Assembly: GCA_000004695.1 (NCBI GenBank)
Contig: CM000154.2
Span: 1,280,001 to 1,344,000, forward strand
Source: Dictyostelium discoideum
Taxonomy: Eukaryota
DNA: 64,000 bases
Reading direction: 5' to 3'
Of the stretch, positions 60,775 through 64,000 are shown in pieces. Positions within the stretch are counted from its first letter, which is position 1. Every line of letters begins with the position of its first letter. The notes below the pieces were generated by a model. It had not been told where the DNA came from and did not search any database. It saw only the letters and a list, made by a program, of their open reading frames with translations. A program made the translations under genes and the position numbers.

Positions 60775-61245
60775 TTATTTTTATCACAATTAATTACAAA
60801 AAAGGAAAAACACTTTTTAATAAAAAAATAAAAAAAAAAATAAAAACACAAAAATTGTTGGGGTATTTTTTTTGTTTTTTTGTTTTTTTTTTTTTTAATA
60901 GATTTATTTCAAAGAGATTGAAAAAAAGAATTCCAATAATAAAATGACCCTTTGATAGCTAATAAACATTTATTTTGTTTTCATAGATACACATATATTA
61001 TTTGAATTTTTTTAATTTTTTTATTTTAATTTTTATTTAATTTTGATTTAATTTTATTTTTTTTTATTTTTTTTTATTTTTTTTATTTTTTTTTTAATTT
61101 AATTATTATTATTATTATTTTCACACCTATTTTTAAAAAAAAAAAATTAAAAAAATAAAAATAATTTTTTTTTTTTTTTCATTTTCATTTCAATTCAATT
61201 TTACTAAACACAACATAACCTTATTATAAAAACAAACATATAAAA

Positions 61246-61317
61246 ATGGTGAGTAAAATTTTAATTCTCATTAATTTATTAAATTATCAATATAATTGTA
61301 GTTCATAATATTAATTT

Positions 61318-61363
<46 letters not shown>

Positions 61364-61541
61364 CTTCTTTCTCTTCTTCTGTATTTAGACACACTCATGT
61401 AAATGCGGAGACTCTTGCCAATGTGGTGATAAATGTACATGTGGACCAAAGGAAACACCAAAATGTGGATGCAGTGACTGTAAATGTGGCGATAAATGCT
61501 CAAGTGATTGCAAATGCACCTCTTGCACCTGTAAAAAATAA
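61246..61541 (+). CDS. Metallothionein-like cysteine-rich small protein (51 aa; 17 Cys in C-x-C / C-x-x-C clusters). Two exons: 61246..61248 (ATG only) and 61389..61541.
   Basis: taaaaATG|gtgagt (the donor directly follows the start codon) ... ctgtatttag|ACA CAC TCA TGT AAA TGC GGA GAC TCT TGC CAA TGT GGT GAT AAA TGT ACA TGT GGA CCA AAG GAA ACA CCA AAA TGT GGA TGC AGT GAC TGT AAA TGT GGC GAT AAA TGC TCA AGT GAT TGC AAA TGC ACC TCT TGC ACC TGT AAA AAA TAA. This gives M-THSCKCGDSCQCGDKCTCGPKETPKCGCSDCKCGDKCSSDCKCTSCTCKK. Exon 2 is a local GC-rich island in AT-rich DNA. The minus ORFs 61303..61572 and 61385..61597 are antisense artefacts. It is below the 60-aa track cut-off. Confidence 0.5.
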
Positions 61542-62029
61542 ATTTTACCTTTAATAAATAAACAATTATCATTCAAAAAAAAAAAAAAAAAAAACAAAAC
61601 AAATTGTTACCAACTCAAATCAACCAATAAAATTTCAAAAATCAAGTTACTTTTCTATTTTTATTTCTTTCTATTTTTTTTTTTATATTTTTTCCTCTTT
61701 TCTTTCTATTTTTTTTTATTTTTCCTCTTTTCTTTCTATTTTTTTTTTTTTTTCTCTTTTCTTTCTTTTAAAATATTCATAAAATTTGGAAATAAATTAA
61801 AAAAAATAAATAAAATTAACAATTAATTACTTATGATATCTTTAATTGTTATCTTTTTTTTTTTTTTTTTATTATAAAGTCAATTTTTTTTTTTTTTTCA
61901 TAATTCAAAGATACCATACTTCACATCCTTTTGGGGAAATGACAAATAATAAATAAAATAAATTATTTTTAGAATTTCTAAAAACGTAAAAAAATGAAAT
62001 ATTTTTATTTTTTGTGAAATTTTTATTTT

Positions 62030-62262
62030 TTTATTTTTTTAAAATGTCCCACAATCATATTGAATAGTTGGTCTAGGTTAGAGCAAATTAAAGATTGTTT
62101 TTTTAAAATTTGAACAATTAAATGTGTACCCAAATACTCTTTCTTAAAATTAATTGGAAAGAGTCGTTCCTGTACCCAAGAAAAACCTTTACATGTATGG
62201 TAAAACACTGACTAGGAAGGCATCTCGCCAATTTTAGCTGGTACTTGGATTGTATTACATTC
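62030..62262. other. Block of about 230 bp with markedly lower AT content than the flanks; unassigned (possible ncRNA, UTR/terminal exon fragment or relic)
   Basis: Sequence ...tagttggtctaggttagagcaaatt...ggaaagagtcgttcctgtacccaag...ggtaaaacactgactaggaaggcatctcgccaattttagctggtacttggattg.... The minus ORF 62023..62208 (61 aa) begins with GTG, not ATG, and has a stop immediately upstream. No snRNA or tRNA consensus was recognised. Confidence 0.25.
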
Positions 62263-63369
62263 CCTAAAAATAATTTCTAAAAAAAAAAGAAAAAAAAAAA
62301 TATATGTGTATAATACACTCTTTTAAATCAACTTGACCTTTTACTCTAATATATAAATGTATCAAATAATAACAAAACTTTTTTTTTTTTTAAAAAAAAA
62401 TTCAAATAATATTACCTTAATTATTTTTATTTTTATATTTGTTTATTTAACTCTCCTTTACAGAAAAATTGCAAAATAAAACGAATAAATTTATAATTTA
62501 GATTGTAATTTTTTTCTAATTCGAGTAATGTTATCATAATAATAATATATTGATAAAGGCATTCAAGCCTGACACTTGAGAAAAAAATACTTTCATTCTA
62601 TTTTTTTTTTATTTTTTTTTTTTTTAACAACAATTTAATTTTTTTTATTTTTAAAAATGAACTAAGTATTGATAAATAGAACACTCAAAAATATACAAAC
62701 TATATAAAAAAATGAATGTAATAATAAAAAAATAATAAAAAAAAAAAAAAAAATAAAAAAAATAAAAAAAAATTAATTAAACAACTTAAATTATTTGCCA
62801 TCAAAAAAAAAGCTTTTTTTTTTTTTTTTTTTTATAAATGTTATAAAAAAAATAATAAATTATATAAAAAAAAGAAAAACCCTTTTTGAACATCATTTTT
62901 AACTGAAAACTTTTCTGATCTGTAAAATAATTATTACTGCGCAACGATTTGTTAACAAATGCAAAATTAGATATTTTCAAAAAATTTTGTTTTATTTTTT
63001 TAAATTTTTTTATTTTTTTTTATTTTTTTTTTTTTTTTTTATTTTTTTATTTTTTTATTTTTTTATTTTTTTTTTTGTGCCTTTTCAATATAAAAAATTT
63101 TTCTTTTGAAAAATAAAAAAAAAAATTTTATTTATTATTTTCTCATTATTGTTATTGTTGTTTTTTATTATTTTTATTTTCATTAATTAATTCAATAAAT
63201 AAAAAAAAAAAAAAAAAAAAAAAGAATAGTTTCAATTTGGATTAAATAAAAAAAAAAAAAATATGGAAGGTAATTGGTTTTTTTTATTTTTTTTATTTTA
63301 TTTTTTATTTTAATGAAAATAAACAAAATAGAATATATATATAATAATAAACACACAAATATCCAGTGT

Positions 63370-63388
63370 GGTGCTATGAATCATAGCA
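63370..63388. promoter_or_regulatory. Perfect 9-bp inverted repeat with a 1-nt spacer (GTGCTATGA a TCATAGCAC), intergenic, about 100 bp upstream of the next gene start
   Basis: Direct reading: ccagtgtgGTGCTATGAaTCATAGCACttt. This is a candidate dimeric transcription-factor site or hairpin. Confidence 0.4.
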
Positions 63389-63482
63389 CTTTATATTTAT
63401 ATCATATATTAACTTTATTTTTTTAATTATTTTTTATTTTTCTTTTATTTTTTTATGAAAAAAAAAAAAAAAAAAAAAAAAA

Positions 63483-64000
63483 ATGAAAATAAAAATAAAA
63501 ATAAAAAAAAAAAATTTAGTATTAGCATCAGAGATATCATCAAATGAAAAATCAGCTTTTACAGAGGAAGAAGATGATTATTATGAATTTTCAGACTCTG
63601 AAACAGATTCTTTAGATTATAACCTTGAAGATTCATCAAATGACGAGAATAGTGGGGATGGTGATGGTGATGGTGGTGTTGTAGAAAGTGATGATAATAA
63701 AAATTTAAAACGTAGAAAAAGATCAAAAAGACCAACAACATTAGGAGAATCAAATAAAGATGGTGAAACAGCCAATTCAGTATCGATTTCAGCAGGTACA
63801 TCAAAATCAAACATTTCATCACCATTAGTTGATGGTGCTGACATTTTATCAAAACCAAATAGTAGCCCAACAAGTAGTAGTTTAAGTGGTAGTAATAGTG
63901 CAAATGGTTTCTTATCAGATGATGATGATTTATTATTAAATGGTAATGAGCAATTAAATGAAAACCACAATACTAATTCAACCAATGGTGCTACCAATAA
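63483..64000 (+). CDS. 5' part of an acidic S/D/E-rich protein of unknown function; it continues beyond the window end
   Basis: The frame is open from ATG 63483 (MKIKIKIKKKNLVLASEISSNEKSAFTEEEDDYYEFSDSETDSLDYNLEDSSNDENSGDGDGDGGVVESDDNKNLKRRKRSKRP...) to position 64000 with no stop. The initial K/I-rich codons may be leader, so the true start is uncertain. The minus ORFs 63559..63903 and 63617..63997 are antisense artefacts. Confidence 0.45.
   Translation, partial: MKIKIKIKKKNLVLASEISSNEKSAFTEEEDDYYEFSDSETDSLDYNLEDSSNDENSGDGDGDGGVVESDDNKNLKRRKRSKRPTTLGESNKDGETANSVSISAGTSKSNISSPLVDGADILSKPNSSPTSSSLSGSNSANGFLSDDDDLLLNGNEQLNENHNTNSTNGATN

Noticed and set aside
61303-61597. Minus-strand ORFs 61303..61572 and 61385..61597
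   Set aside because: They are antisense to the Cys-rich metallothionein-like exon (H/S/P-rich because they complement TGT/TGC codons), and then read into poly-A.
62023-62208. 61-aa ORF (minus) as a protein-coding gene
   Set aside because: The start codon is GTG with a stop two codons upstream, and no acceptor or upstream exon could be linked. It is kept only as an unassigned GC-normal block.

Overview
This 64 kb window reads as nuclear DNA of a Dictyostelium-type social amoeba. It is extremely AT-rich, with long poly-A/T, (ATT)n, (TAA)n and (GTTTTT)n microsatellites, poly-N/Q/S/T coding tracts, and short AT-rich introns carrying GTAAGT/GTATGT donors and ..ttttag acceptors. It is gene-dense on both strands. 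I could support about 25 protein-coding genes by translating them and locating splice sites by hand. Named by homology: a MORN+SET (SETD7-like) methyltransferase; the Roco-family kinase Roco4 (the two-exon model totals exactly 1726 aa); three paralogous Frizzled-CRD + 7TM receptors of the Fsl type; a radical-SAM RlmN-like rRNA methyltransferase; RNA polymerase II subunit Rpb2 (4 exons); leucine carboxyl methyltransferase LCMT (4 exons); poly(A) polymerase (3 exons); apoptosis-inducing factor AIF (2 exons); a second SET-domain protein; ribosomal protein L10/uL16 with three micro-exons; chaperonin-10; Sm protein E; threonyl-tRNA synthetase (4 exons); a WDR26/Gid7-like LisH-CTLH-WD40 protein; and a PhyH-like 2OG-Fe(II) oxygenase. 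Described only by domain or composition (no ortholog named): a secreted protein made of about 28 tandem DIKQDLLRR-type repeats; a very large low-complexity protein combining a dual-specificity phosphatase domain with gelsolin-like repeats; a C2H2 zinc-finger protein; an F-box/LRR-like protein; a 51-aa metallothionein-like Cys-rich protein whose first exon is just ATG; and several hypothetical proteins. No rRNA, tRNA, CRISPR or recognisable transposon was found. Most long ORFs in the six-frame track that lie opposite S/T- or N-rich coding sequence, or that read through poly-Y/F/I/K tracts, are artefacts. The track also uses TTG/GTG as starts, so several listed M starts are not ATG. All exon coordinates were derived by hand and may be off by ±1–2 nt; the printed line 58501 appears to be missing one base.
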